From Mobula hypostoma (taxonomy: Eukaryota): 64,000 nucleotides of DNA. Each line of letters begins with the position of its first letter. Position 1 is the stretch's first letter. This document shows positions 24,619 to 35,953 of this stretch, piece by piece. A program made the position numbers and the translations under genes. The notes beneath the pieces are model-generated. The model did no database searches. It was not told the DNA's origin and was given only the letters and a program-made list of their open reading frames with translations. The DNA lies in contig NC_086108.1 of NCBI RefSeq assembly GCF_963921235.1, forward strand, positions 40,364,001-40,428,000. Reading direction: 5' to 3'.

Positions 24619-25184
24619 CATATTTCCCAAGCCATCTACAACTTACCTGTAGCATCCTTCGGCGCATTAAATTTAAATCTCATCACCTCATTTATAAACT
24701 TCCCTTGATTTTGCACAACCAATTTCTTTGGTCATGTCTGAAGGCTATAGTCTTCCGTAGATACTCAAGCCCTTTGTATGCCATCTGCTTATCTTGCAAT
24801 TTTTGTCAGATTACTTGGGTATTTTGATACCTAAAACTTTCAACTTCAATTTTTTCTTTATATAAAAGATACAGTATCAGTGAAAGTTTGTCATCTTTTA
24901 TGGTCTATGCAATTATTTTCCTGAGGAACTTAGCAACTGGTATATTGCCTGTCAGCTGTGTATGTTTTCTGCCACTGAAGTGATTCATAGATATTCTATA
25001 AAGAACTCCTCATTGGAAAGATTCTATCTATTTGTAACAGATTTCTGTTATTCCTTCAGGCTTTTTTCTATGTTTACTGGATGTGTGAATGCCTGTTTTA
25101 TGTAATGGGATTGCTAGAGGCATTGTGCCAGAGATAAGAGCTTGCAATGGAAATAACTCTGAAAATGTGTAGCTCGGGTGGTTG

Positions 25185-25306
25185 ATGGTTGGGTTTAGTT
25201 GTTCTCCCATCTTGGCTATCCATTTGCAAATGTTTCGTCTTCTTATGTGGTGACAAAACTTTTGCAAGTGCATTGCCAAGATCAAAGAACAACTCAACCC
25301 AACCAT
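25185..25306. repeat. Imperfect inverted repeat (55-nt arms, 12-nt loop)
   Basis: 25185-25239 matches the reverse complement of 25252-25306 at 46/55 positions (hand alignment). Confidence 0.85.
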
Positions 25307-25721
25307 AGAGCATACACAGTTAGTAAGGAAAAGGATTTTGAATTTCTAAAGGTTTGCAATAAAATTGCATTGGGTTGAAAGGCTACATATTGTACTGTCC
25401 TCCAGCACCAATCCTTCCATCAAACCTGCACTCTTTTGATTGTGTACATACCGTACATACTTTCACACTACTTGCAATTCTCCTCGGTCAAATAAACATC
25501 ACAAGAGAAGAATGTTACTCACCACAAAGCTGTGAAGAAGCTTGGACCTGAAGAAGCTAGGTTTACAAGCTTGTGATGAGAAAAACCTTATTTTTTTCTG
25601 AGTATTATGTCACATCTGTCCAGAGAAAATTCAGCTGATGAGTTCAAATGCTTTTTAAAGTATGGACAAAATCATTGTGGAATTGATTTCTGATTTTCCG
25701 TTTTTTTTTGGAATTTTATAG

Positions 25722-25844
25722 TACCTAACACGCCATATATTTACAAGAAGACCGTTACTAGTTCATCCATTCAAATGATCTGGAATGTGATGAGTACTGG
25801 TTTAAATCCCGTAAAGGACGTCATCGTATTCTGTGTGCTTCAAG
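25722..25844 (+). CDS. PTPRC: CD45 exon, first half of an FNIII domain (xPNTPYIYKKTVTSSSIQMIWNVMSTGLNPVKDVIVFCVLQ)
   Basis: T-rich tract and ttatag acceptor; CAAG|gtaaga donor; 123 nt, phase 1-1; FNIII-type P..P...TSSSI.W pattern; splices in frame to the next exon. Confidence 0.85.
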
Positions 25845-26217
25845 GTAAGAAATTACTGGGTAAATAAGCAACAATATGTATCTTATTTTGGATATTATTA
25901 GCTCAGAATTTGCTGCAGTGCTGTGGTGTCTGCCAACATATAGGATTGTCCTTTGCTTGATCTCCATATTTTTATGTTTGTGAGGGAGTGAGATGGAAAT
26001 GGTGTTGTGCCCTCCATAAGCGATTTGCAACATGAAAGAACAGTGTAAGTAGCTATGGAGAGCCTAATTCAAGTGAGTGAGGAGAACTGTGGAATTAGTG
26101 GTGACAACAGTGAAAAGGGGATAAGTTAAAATGTTGAATTTGTTGTCACTTCAGGTTAAGAGATGAAAAGCAAAATGATGTTTGGGTTATGAAGGAAGAG
26201 AAAAACACAAAATTATA

Positions 26218-26353
26218 AACACACGAGATTCTGCAGATGTTAGAAATCCAAAATAACACACATAAAATTTTGGAGGAACTCAACAGTTCAGGTAGCACCT
26301 ATGGAAATGAATAAACAGTTATAGTATTTCCAACATTTTGTATGTGTTACTCT
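26218..26353. repeat. Short interspersed repeat, probably derived from a Penelope-like terminus, with inverted arms; relatives near 43680-43775, 54020-54235 and 63909-64000
   Basis: Shared motif GATTCTGCAGATG.TGGAAAT..A....ACACACAAAATGCTGGAGGAACTCAGC recurs at several sites in the window. The family name is from recollection. Confidence 0.5.
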
Positions 26354-27511
26354 AAAATTATAAGGATATGGTCAAATAGCTTATTTAAACAAGTCCTAGC
26401 GTTACGGAAGGAATGTGACTTCATATCTGTAGAAGTTAAATTTCAAAACAGGATTGGATGATTGGGAATTATTAACATATGAAATTTAAGTAAAATATTT
26501 GAAATGATTTAGTTTAATTAACAGTGATAGGGTTAGTTCATAAGCACACCAAAATAGAAAGAAACTACATATCTCACTGCATTTTAGGAATGTGGTTAGG
26601 TGACTGATCTATTTTCCGGAGCCTTGGATATTAAATGGACAGCAGTGATACAGTAACAAAATGCTGCTAAGAATAGGAAGACTATACATGTATATGAGTG
26701 TACTGCAGATAGAATTAAAGTAGTGAAAATACTAAAGACAATGTTAGGACTGATTTTTTTTAGGATATGGTTGCAAGGTAAGATTGCTCACAAGTATACA
26801 TACCATGTTATGTGGCATTTTGGAAGGAGATCTGGAAATGAAATGAATGTGCTTTGGCTTCCCAACACTGATTTAACATACTGCCTTTTGTAAACAGTAT
26901 GTTAACAAAACTGACAATATAGAACTGACAAGGATCGCAGCATTTCTCCATGAGATGTCAGAACTATGACCCTAATGATTAATATGCAGCAATTAAGCAG
27001 AAGCATGAGATCAAACCGGACTGCTTCATTGGACCCCTGTCTTTCCACCTTCAGTTTTTGAATCCTCCACTCCTTCTCAATCTTTCCCGCTTCCCCCTGT
27101 GCTTTTTACCTTCATGTGCCTCACACTATTACTGCTCCCAACTTCTGTGTGTTTCCATCACCATCTCTATGGGAACCACACATAAGAAGTATATGCTGTA
27201 ATTTGATATTCATTTTTTAACAACCATTTTATGTCCAATCAGAAATATTTCCTTTGTTTTACCCATTGTTCCTGTATGTCCTCTGCTTCTGAAAACTAAC
27301 TTGTTTGATTTTTTCCCCCCAAAGGACCCAAACCTTAAATGTTGCTTGTTTCTCTCCCTGTAGATGCTACCTGACTTGTTAAGTGTTTCCAGCACTGTCT
27401 ATTATTTATGTTCTCATTTAGTAATCGAAAATGAAAGACGCTCAATAGACAGGGCAACATCCATGAAAAGAAAAACAGATCTAATATTTCAGTTTGGTTA
27501 CCTTTGTTCTG

Positions 27512-28320
27512 GTTCAAAGGTCAAATTTAATGTCAGAGAAATGTATACAATATACATCCTGAGATGCTTTTTCTTCGCAAACATCCACAAAAACAGAGAA
27601 GTGCCCCAAAGAATGACTGACAGTTAAATGTGATAACCCCAAGGTCCCCCCCCACAGTTTCCCCCTCCCACGCGTAAGCGGTGGCGAACAACAATCCCCC
27701 TCCCCCCACCGGTAAAACAAAAAGCACACCCGCTACTGAGCACAAGCATGAGCAAAGCGATAGCAAATACACAGACCAAAGTTACCCCAAAGGCTTCGCA
27801 CTTCATCCGACATTTGACAAACCACAGGTTCTCTATCTCCCTGGCAAGGGAGAGGGCGATGTCCCCCATTTTCACAGTGAGCGGGAGACATAACAACAAC
27901 TGGCTGGTTTATGATATGAAAAGTCCGTTCATCGCTTTTTTTGAGCTCTGTGTCTGAAGATCGCAAAGACCTCGGGTCTTCAGGCCCACAGCAAAAGATT
28001 TTCCAGCCTCCCAATGACACATGAGTCTCCTGCCGCGACACCGACCCTCGATCCGCCCATCTCCAGAGCCCCAAGATCTTAGGCTTCCGAACAGGATCGA
28101 GACTCTCAGGCCAAACCCTTGGCATGTCAAACAACTGACGGTTGTGGAACCTCAAGAATGGGTCCCATTCCCGCAAAGAACCGAAGCCTGCGTGTAACTC
28201 CAGGTCTTCAAAAGAACCCTGAAAGGGAAAAGTAGAGATATTAAAGGTGGAAATAGAGCTCTTTCCAAAGATGCAAGTAAAGGAGTTGCCGTTTGGCTCC
28301 ATTATCCCTCCTAAGCTCTG
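27512..28320 (-). mobile_element. Non-coding, non-autonomous retroposon-like insertion (about 0.8 kb)
   Basis: GC/CpG-rich island in an AT-rich intron. The minus strand ends ATTAAATTTGACCTTTGAAC (LINE-type tail). Possible TSD tgttctgg/tgttttgg. Confidence 0.55.
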
Positions 28321-29006
28321 TTTTGGCATTGGGTAAAACACGATGCCCATACAGTGCAACAAAATGGAAGAAATCTAATTTTTAAGCCTTTATGTGTTGT
28401 TATTTTTATTTTTAATGATAATGATGGATCTCTCATTGTGATTGTAAATCAAAATATTGACCAATTATTATGATTGGAGTGTACTTGTGATGGGTAAAAG
28501 CAAGAAGATTATGTCCAGTATGGTGAGAAAGACAATCAAAGTGAGAGCTTATCAGAGAAGGAAAGTGCAGCAGAAAATCACAGGGCTAAAGAGAGAGGTA
28601 AAGGAGGGCATTTGATATGGCAAAACTGAGGCTCTAAATTTCCAGTAATCACCATGCAAAATAGCCATTTTTATTACAAAAAGAATTGCAATATGGTCAG
28701 ACATCATGTTCAGGCTTTGTCTTTTCATAGTGTCTGCATTTGCCAGTGGGCTGAGTGGTATGCTTACACAGATTGGCTAATCTTGTCCTGGATTTCTCTC
28801 TGAAGATCAGCAACGCTCACTTAATGAATTCTCAGTGCTGGCCTCAGGTTTACTGGCCGAGTCCCAGTCAAGCTTCTGCCCACTGTGAACTCTTTACTGA
28901 AACTGCTATGCAGATGTCCAGAACAAAGGGGTTGCTTCACTGTTAATTTTTACTAAGATCAAGCTTTTGTAATGGTGATTCAAAGACAGTTTTTCTTCTC
29001 TTACAG

Positions 29007-29192
29007 GTCAACAAGAGGCACACATATGTGAAGGTAATGCAAGTAACTCAAAAACCTCAGGATCATATACATGTAGAAACCTGAATGCATATAAAAACTA
29101 TACATGTCATGCTACAGCTACAAACAATAAATGCAATGGTACCATGCAATCAAGTGATGAAGCTACTATCACCTTGCAGACTGACCAAGGGT
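29007..29192 (+). CDS. PTPRC: CD45 exon, second half of the FNIII domain (GQQEAHICEGNAS...CRNLNAYKNYTCHATA...TLQTDQG)
   Basis: ttttcttctcttacag acceptor; T|gtaagt donor; 186 nt, phase 1-1, open frame; FNIII L.AY..Y motif; N-glycosylation sequons NAS, NYT, NGT. Confidence 0.88.
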
Positions 29193-29349
29193 GTAAGTAT
29201 TTACATGTATTAATGTTGCTTTGCAGTTTTTGAATAATAGTTCTTATCTTTCTCGTACGCTGCCCATCTACAGTTGCAGTGAGAAATTTCTGGTGAAGGT
29301 CTTACTTTGAACCATGCACTCCAAGCAGTTTTGTTCCCTAAAGAAACAC

Positions 29350-31420
29350 AATTGAGTTCATTATCACTGATATATGTACCAAAATTTCTTGTTTTCGTGG
29401 CAGCGCTAAAAGAGCAAAGATATAAAAATTACTGCAATTGACAAAAGTAGGTAAATAGTGCTGGGAGGAGGAGAAGATAGTGGCGCGACGCAGTGTGCGC
29501 AGCCACTCCGGTGGTGATGTCTTTTATTTGTCAAGTAGGGTTCCGTGCACCGTTCTGATTTGATGGAGACAGATGTGAGAGTACGGAGGAACATCTGGAG
29601 AAACTTCTGAAATGCCCGCTTCACTGCCGCTGCTACTGTGTGGTCCAGAATCTCCGGAGGAGAGGGCCCCGAATCCTCGGCTTTGCTTGTTTCGGCGGCC
29701 AGGGTGAGGTCGAAGGCGCTCCGCAGAGAATGGCGCTCGGGAGGCTGGTCGGAGGCTCAAAGTTTTCGGACAGACGGACTCAGTGTCGGCTGTGATCGGG
29801 TGCTTCCAATGCATCGGCAGTTGACAGTGCCTGGAGGTTTATGGCAGGGAGTTTCTCCCTTTTGCCGCCTGCTGTCGGGGACTCGGGAGTCGATCGGGAC
29901 TTTGAGACTTCTTTTTTACCGTGCCCATGGTCTGCTCTTTATCAAATTATGGTATTGCTTTGCACTGCTGTAACTATATGTTATAATTATGTGGTTCTGT
30001 CAGTGTTAGTCTTTGGTTTGTCCTGTTTTTCTGTGATACAGTATCACTTTGGAGGAACATTGTATCATTTCTTAATGCACGCATGCATTTCTAAATGATA
30101 ATAAACGAGGACTGAGTGTTCTCATAATCTAAAAAAAAGATGAATACTGAGTTAGTGTTCATGGGTTCATGGACCATTCAGAAATCTGATGGTAGAGGGG
30201 AAGAATTTGTTCTTAAACTATTTGAGTATGGATTTCTAGGTTTCTGTAGCTCCTCCCTGGTGGTAGTAATATGAAGTGGGCATGTCTCTAGACAAAGAGG
30301 GTCTTTAATAATAGATGCTGTCTTCTTGAGGCACTGCTTCTTGAATATATCCTTCTTGGCAGGGAAGGTTGTGCCTGTGATGAAACTGGTTGAATCTACA
30401 ACCCTCTGCTGTATCTTGTAATCGGGTACTTTTGAGGTTCCATGCCAGGCTCTGGTACAACCAGTCAGAATGCTCTCCACCATGCACTTGCAGAAATTTG
30501 CAAGGGTCTTTGGTGACATACCAAATCTCCTCAAATTCCGAATGAAGCAAAGCAGCTGGCATGCCTTCTTTATGATTGCATCAATGTGATGGGCCCAGAA
30601 TAGATCCTCCAAAGATATTGATGCCAAGAAACTTGAAGCTATTCATCTTTCCACAGATGACCTCTCAATGAAGATTGATGTGTGTTCTTGTGAATTCCTC
30701 TTCCTGAAGTCTGCAGTCAATTCCTCGGTCTTGTTGGCATTGAGCACAAGGTTGTCATAGTGATGCTCCTCAACCAGTCAATCTATTTCACTCCTGTACC
30801 TCCTTGTCACTCTGTCTGATTCTGCCAACAACAATGCTATCATCAAAGACTTTTGAGGTGTGCCTGGCCAGCAGAGGAAGTAGAGCAGTGGGCTAAGGAC
30901 ACGTCTTTGAGATGATGTTCAGCATGGAGGTGTTATCAACAATCCCCACACTTGGTAGTCTCCTAATGTGGAAGTTGAGTATTCATTTGCAGAGGATGTA
31001 CAAGAGCCCAGATTTAAAGCTTGTTAGCTAATAATGAGGGGATAATGGTTTTGAACGCTGAGCTGGAATTGATAAATGGCAATTTGATACATGTTTTGCT
31101 GTTGTTTGGGTTCTTCAAAGTTGAGTGGAGAGCCAGTGAGATTGCATCTGTTGTTGTGTTAGGCAAATTACAGGGAGTCTAGGCCGTTGCTCAGACAGGA
31201 GTTACTCTAGCCATGACTAACCTCTCAAAGTACTTCATCACAGTAGATGTCAGTGCTGCTAGACAATAGTTGCTGAGACCTCTCACCCAGCTGTTTTTGG
31301 TTGCTCCCCTTTTGAAGCAGGTGGGAGCCTCTGACTGGAGCAGTGAAAAGTTACAGATATCCTTGAACACTCCACTCAGTTGGTATGCACAAATATTTAG
31401 TACCCTGCTAGGTACACCAG
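29350..31420 (-). mobile_element. Degenerate Rex1/Babar-type LINE, 3' part, interrupted by a younger insertion
   Basis: ORF 30178-30627 (-) reads DLFWAHHIDAIIKKACQLLCFIRNLRRFGMSPKTLANF...ESILTGC.RAWHG, typical of the Rex1/Babar ORF2 C-terminus. Confidence 0.75.
29462..30136 (+). mobile_element. CpG-rich non-autonomous retroposon inserted into the LINE 3' end
   Basis: Sharp compositional island starting GGAGGAGGAGAAGATAGTGGCG and ending AATAAACGAGG...CATAATCT(A)n. The host LINE flanks can be rejoined across it. Confidence 0.6.
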
Positions 31421-31989
31421 ATCTTTGATGACTCCATGATCATCATTGCTCATTACTAATTTCTTGATGGTCAAGATGATTCTCTTTCCTGAATTCGAAT
31501 TGATGATCTCACACTTCTTTGAATTCTTCATCACTGTTCTAATCATTCAAGGACACAGTTCTGTGGTTTATAAACAACAACAAAAAAATCACATGTCAAA
31601 AGCAAATGTTGTGAACAGTAGAAATCTGAAGTAAAAAGGAAATCCTAAAGTGAGTTTGTTATTACTTAAACTTAACAACACCTCTGAGAGTTCTTTCTCA
31701 CCTGAATTAGTACTTCCAGCATTTTTTGTTTTATCTCAGAAGGCAAAAATCAATTTGTGTAATTTTTTAAAATTTGCATCCTTTTCATAAAAATCTCTGA
31801 AGACATTGTACAAACATATAAAGAGAAATAATATTGAAATCTCTTAAATAAGAATCAACAGCCCGTGATTATCGGCAGCATTAGCTCAAATGGTAGTTTT
31901 ATTTCTGAATCAACATGTTGAAGGCTCATCTTCCACTCTAACAATGACCAAGGCTATAAATCCAATGACCACCTAAAGGAATACTCCTC

Positions 31990-34060
31990 TTGTGCCATCC
32001 CTCATTGCCATGGATGACTTGTTTTCATTCCAAATGTATGGTTTCTTTAGTAACTGTTGAGGTCCAAGTGGCAACTATATACTCTTCTGTACGTGGGGCA
32101 AGAGGTGTCTGAAAGGTAGATGGGTATTTTTTAGGTTAAAAGCTCCATAGCTGTTTATACAGGGCTACTGAATGAACCTGGAGCATGGACTCCAGGTTCT
32201 CTAAGCCATTCAGAATATTCCTTCTACAATTTGAGTGGTCATGGGCAAGAGATTCCCAAGGCAAATGGGAATATTACATTTTTTTCAAGAGTGCTTCAAC
32301 CACATCTGTGAATTCTTTCCTCTAGTTGCTTGGTAATCTCTTCCATTGATTAGAGTTTAGACTAGACTGACTGCCTTGAGAGTCTGGTGTTGGCCATGAG
32401 AATGATGTGACCTAGCCCAGCATTGCTGACAGAGTATAACCAGGGCCTCAATACTAGTGATGTTGGCCTGAGGGAGGATGCTGACATTGATTCACTTAGA
32501 CTTCCAGCGTATTTGAAAACAGCTCTGCTGGTATATTTACATTTCATGAGAGTTTTCTGCCAAGCCTCTGATGTCTTGAAGTTCAAACACCTTCTCCTTA
32601 ATCTAAGAAAGACCGCATTAGCTCATTCAAAGCAATGATGAATTTTATAATCTATATCTGTTTTCACTTAGAGGTGGTTCCCAATATTGAGAGAGTTCTT
32701 TTTTTTTACAGGTTCTCACTATTAACCTTCATCTTCAGAGAACAGTGCGGGGGAGCAGGGACAGGTTGTCTTGCAGATGGATCTAGTGTATGGCCTAACC
32801 GCTTGTATGTTTTAGTGAACATGTCAGCAATGACTTGGAGTTCAGCCTCCAAGTATGTGCAAACCCAAATGCGATGTGCAGGTAAACCTTGTGTTCAGCT
32901 GACCTGGATGCTGAATAATGGTTACCATAGGTTGAATAATTTCCCATTAGTTCTCAAGGTCTCCTCCATTCCTTCAGGATTTGTTTGAGATAAGGTGGAG
33001 TGCATCAGTGAGAGTGATATAATAGGTCAAGACGCAGTTTTCATTGAAATTGGTTCTATTATTGGCTCATTAGTTACATTTGGACCTACCCGCCATCAAG
33101 AAAGAAATATGAGATGGAGACAAGTTTCTAGGGTATCTGAATCTGAGGATGCTGTTCCATATTCCCTCCCAAAAATAGCATCAAAGGCTTTAGTGAGGTT
33201 GAGAAAAGGTTTTGCTCCCTGCATTTTCATTGGAGTTGTCTTGTTGTGATGACCATGTCAACTATACCTCATACTGATTTGGGGAGCATCCGTCAGTCAT
33301 TGGGAAGTTGAGAAAGGCTCCAGCACTGATTTTCAATGTGGCAGACAGGAAGGAGATGCTCTACGGTGAGATGGTTCCTTTCTTCAAGCTGGGCATTATT
33401 CTGGTATTTCTGATGTCCCTGGTGATACTTTTCCTTCTTAGATCTGGGTAATTAGGTTGTGGATTTGGAATAAAGCTATTTCCAAAAAGTTTAAAAACTT
33501 CAGCAGGGATCCTTCTACTCCTGATGACTTTTACTTTTTTAAGTTGGGATGTGACCATTTTCAGTCACATAGAGAAGTGCTGGCAAAGTGGGACTGAGTA
33601 GGTGGCCACATGATGACTTCAAGTGTGCACACGTGAGGGATGGAGATGTGGTTGAGGTGGTCTATGAAGCATTCCTTCTAACAGTTGCTGCTTACTTCTC
33701 TATTTCTAATGTGTTCACCTTGGTTCTTCACTCTCAGTCGGGCGGGCCTTGTGCATTTATGTTAAAGATGGCATTGTCATTGATGAAAATGCTTTGCACA
33801 TTTTGATTATAAACAAGCCATTTTATCTCTTGTGCTCTCTTTATCATCATTCTTTTTTTATATGTAGATCAAGGATTTTTTTTTGTCTTCGGGTGCCTGT
33901 AGAGCTGATTCTTTTCTTTGAGAAATTGTAGAGCTTTCATTCTAAGCTGCCCTACATTCATGGTTGGGTAGCTCTTCAATCTCTGTGTTGTTCTCATCAC
34001 TAATGGAGGTGCAATCTGCTCATTTAGGGTATTAAATAAGGAGCTGTCTGCTCACCCTCA
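31990..34060 (-). mobile_element. Degenerate RTE-clade LINE remnant
   Basis: Minus-strand fragments IPAEVFKLFG and RDIRNTRIMPSLKKG resemble RTE pre-RT motifs (GIPAE..K.GG, D.RDA.I...FKKG). Many stops and indels. Confidence 0.55.
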
Positions 34061-34699
34061 CAAAATCCCATGACTTCATTTTGAAGAAGAGTTTCCCTTG
34101 TTCCCAGCTAACTTTTATTTCTCTCAATTAACAAAACATAATACTTCATCATCATTATCACATCTGCTTGTGGACGCTAGGCATATGGTAATCAATTGCT
34201 ATTGCCTTTTACCTTTAGAGAGTTACTTAAAAGTACCTTACTGATTGTACAGCACTTCCAAATCTCGGGAAAGAAATGTGGAAGAGCACAACAATGACTG
34301 AAAGACTTTCTTTAATAAAATATGGAATATCAACTGTAATTTAAGTTTTCTTTTGCAGAAAGCAGTGTTGTGCCCACCACAAAGGACTTCAAGTTTTTAT
34401 TCCCCAATGTGTCGAGCATCTATTCTGTTGAGTTGTAAAGCTAATAGTGCTTTGAAATTTAAACCAGTTTTTTATTTAATAAAAACTAGTAAATAATTGT
34501 TTTTTATTGATTTCTTTATTATAATGTGGCTATATCCACACCTACCAAGCACCAAGACATTGTGACTGAAAATTCAAAACATAATTTAGATTAAGCTCAA
34601 TGTCTTAATTATTGATTTTTTTTATTTAAATGAAAACAGAACAGTGTGTATTTTATTTCTTAGTTTATGTTTTTGACTTTTTTTTCTTTTTCCTCATAG

Positions 34700-34920
34700 G
34701 CCCAGCAAAACCTGAAAACCCAAAAATCAACATTTTAAGCAGTAATGCCATTAGCATTACCTGTACTAGACTAGAAAAAGAACAGTGGAATGGAGAGAAG
34801 GTTACATATTCAGCCACGCTACAACCAAAATCCAGCAACAGTAATAAAGAAATTAAAAATCATACCGACTGTTCATTTGAATTCAAAGATTTAAACTATC
34901 TGTCTAAATACATAATACAG
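34700..34920 (+). CDS. PTPRC: CD45 exon, membrane-proximal FNIII domain (CPAKPENPK...WNGEK...DCSFEFKDLNYLSKYIIQ)
   Basis: Long polypyrimidine tract and catag acceptor; CAG|gtaact donor; 221 nt, phase 1-0; resembles the mammalian CD45 segment CDFRVKDLQYSTDY. Confidence 0.92.
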
Positions 34921-35010
34921 GTAACTGGACTTTGTTGTTGAAAAGACATATTTCAGCTTCTGTCAGGTACGGTTTGGACTTGTACTAACATAACTGTTGC
35001 CCTATTCCAG

Positions 35011-35071
35011 TTGCAGGTAATTGGTCCAGCTTGTACTACTAAAGTCAATTTTGAGGATTACGAAACTGGAT
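35011..35071 (+). CDS. PTPRC: CD45 short juxtamembrane exon (LQVIGPACTTKVNFEDYETG-Y)
   Basis: TACTAAC branch point at 34983; ttccag acceptor; T|gtaagt donor; 61 nt, phase 0-1, exactly bridging the flanking exons. Confidence 0.88.
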
Positions 35072-35953
35072 GTAAGTAAAATACTTCCTAAAATCAAATT
35101 TTGCTAACACTGTCCTGTGAAAAGAAATCCACTATTTACTTTGTTCTACCAAAACTGAAATAGACTGAGTGCAAATAATTTTAGTTCTCATAGTTGGTGA
35201 ACCTGTCCAGCTTTCTATGGTGCACAAGGCTCATTGAGTATAAGCTATAGAAGCTGATGTCAGCTGCTCGTCTCATGAGCAATTTGACAAGATCTACTGG
35301 ACTTCTGCACAGTAGGTCTACTGTACTTTTGCACAGCTTTCTAGCTTGATCCCCATCACCTCAGATTTTTTGTAATGTATGAGAGTCAATCAATCTCAAC
35401 CTTCAGTAGATATTCCAATATTTCAAAGATTCACAGTCTACTGAATGAAGAAGTTTCTTCTAACCTCAGTCCCATATATTTAACTCTAGCATGTAGTCAG
35501 GCTCCTTGGCTTTCAAATCTCCAACCAAGGCAAGCAATCTTACTTTATCCACTTTGCCAAGCCCCTCGCATTATGTAACCTTTTAATTTTTCCATAATGT
35601 ATCTGTACATTTAGAACCTGGTTCAGTTACATTTCTTTTATACTTCCTCAGTTACAGAAATTAGCTACACTCAATTATACCGTTCTTCATAATATAACAA
35701 ACCTCTTCGTATGATATTTCACCCTCCTTGCCTCATTAGTCATATACTTGCAAGCAAATATGCTGTTTCAGATCGGGGTGACGATAATATTTTTGGTCTG
35801 CAAAAAGGGTGGATTCTATTGCATCCACCCTTCCCCTCCATGCACCTTAAAATATGCTTGCATTCTCACTTTTCTAGTTGAGATCTTGACGTGAAAAGCT
35901 AACTGTTTCTTCCTCGACTGATTTTTCTTGACCTGCTCTGAACTTCCAGTATT

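Noticed and set aside
21847..24650. Minus-strand ATG at the array boundary (24621) and a nearby CAG|GTAAGT donor (24649-24641), suggesting an antisense gene
   Set aside because: No supporting exon or promoter is visible. The adjacent minus-strand sequence has stops and only faint resemblance to a decayed L1-type RT. Chance is a sufficient explanation without RNA data.
205..24667. Very long Pro/Ser/Ala/Leu-rich minus-strand ORFs (up to 1316 aa) and RLEAG-rich plus-strand ORFs
   Set aside because: All three minus frames are open at once, and 5/7-nt modules do not preserve frame. The C-rich strand simply lacks stop codons. They are antisense to PTPRC, so they are not the CD45 mucin domain.
35772..35808. 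Alternative candidate for the short juxtamembrane exon (ttcag|ATCGGG...AAGG|gtggat)
   Set aside because: Weak donor. 35011-35071 has stronger splice signals and the expected size and phase.
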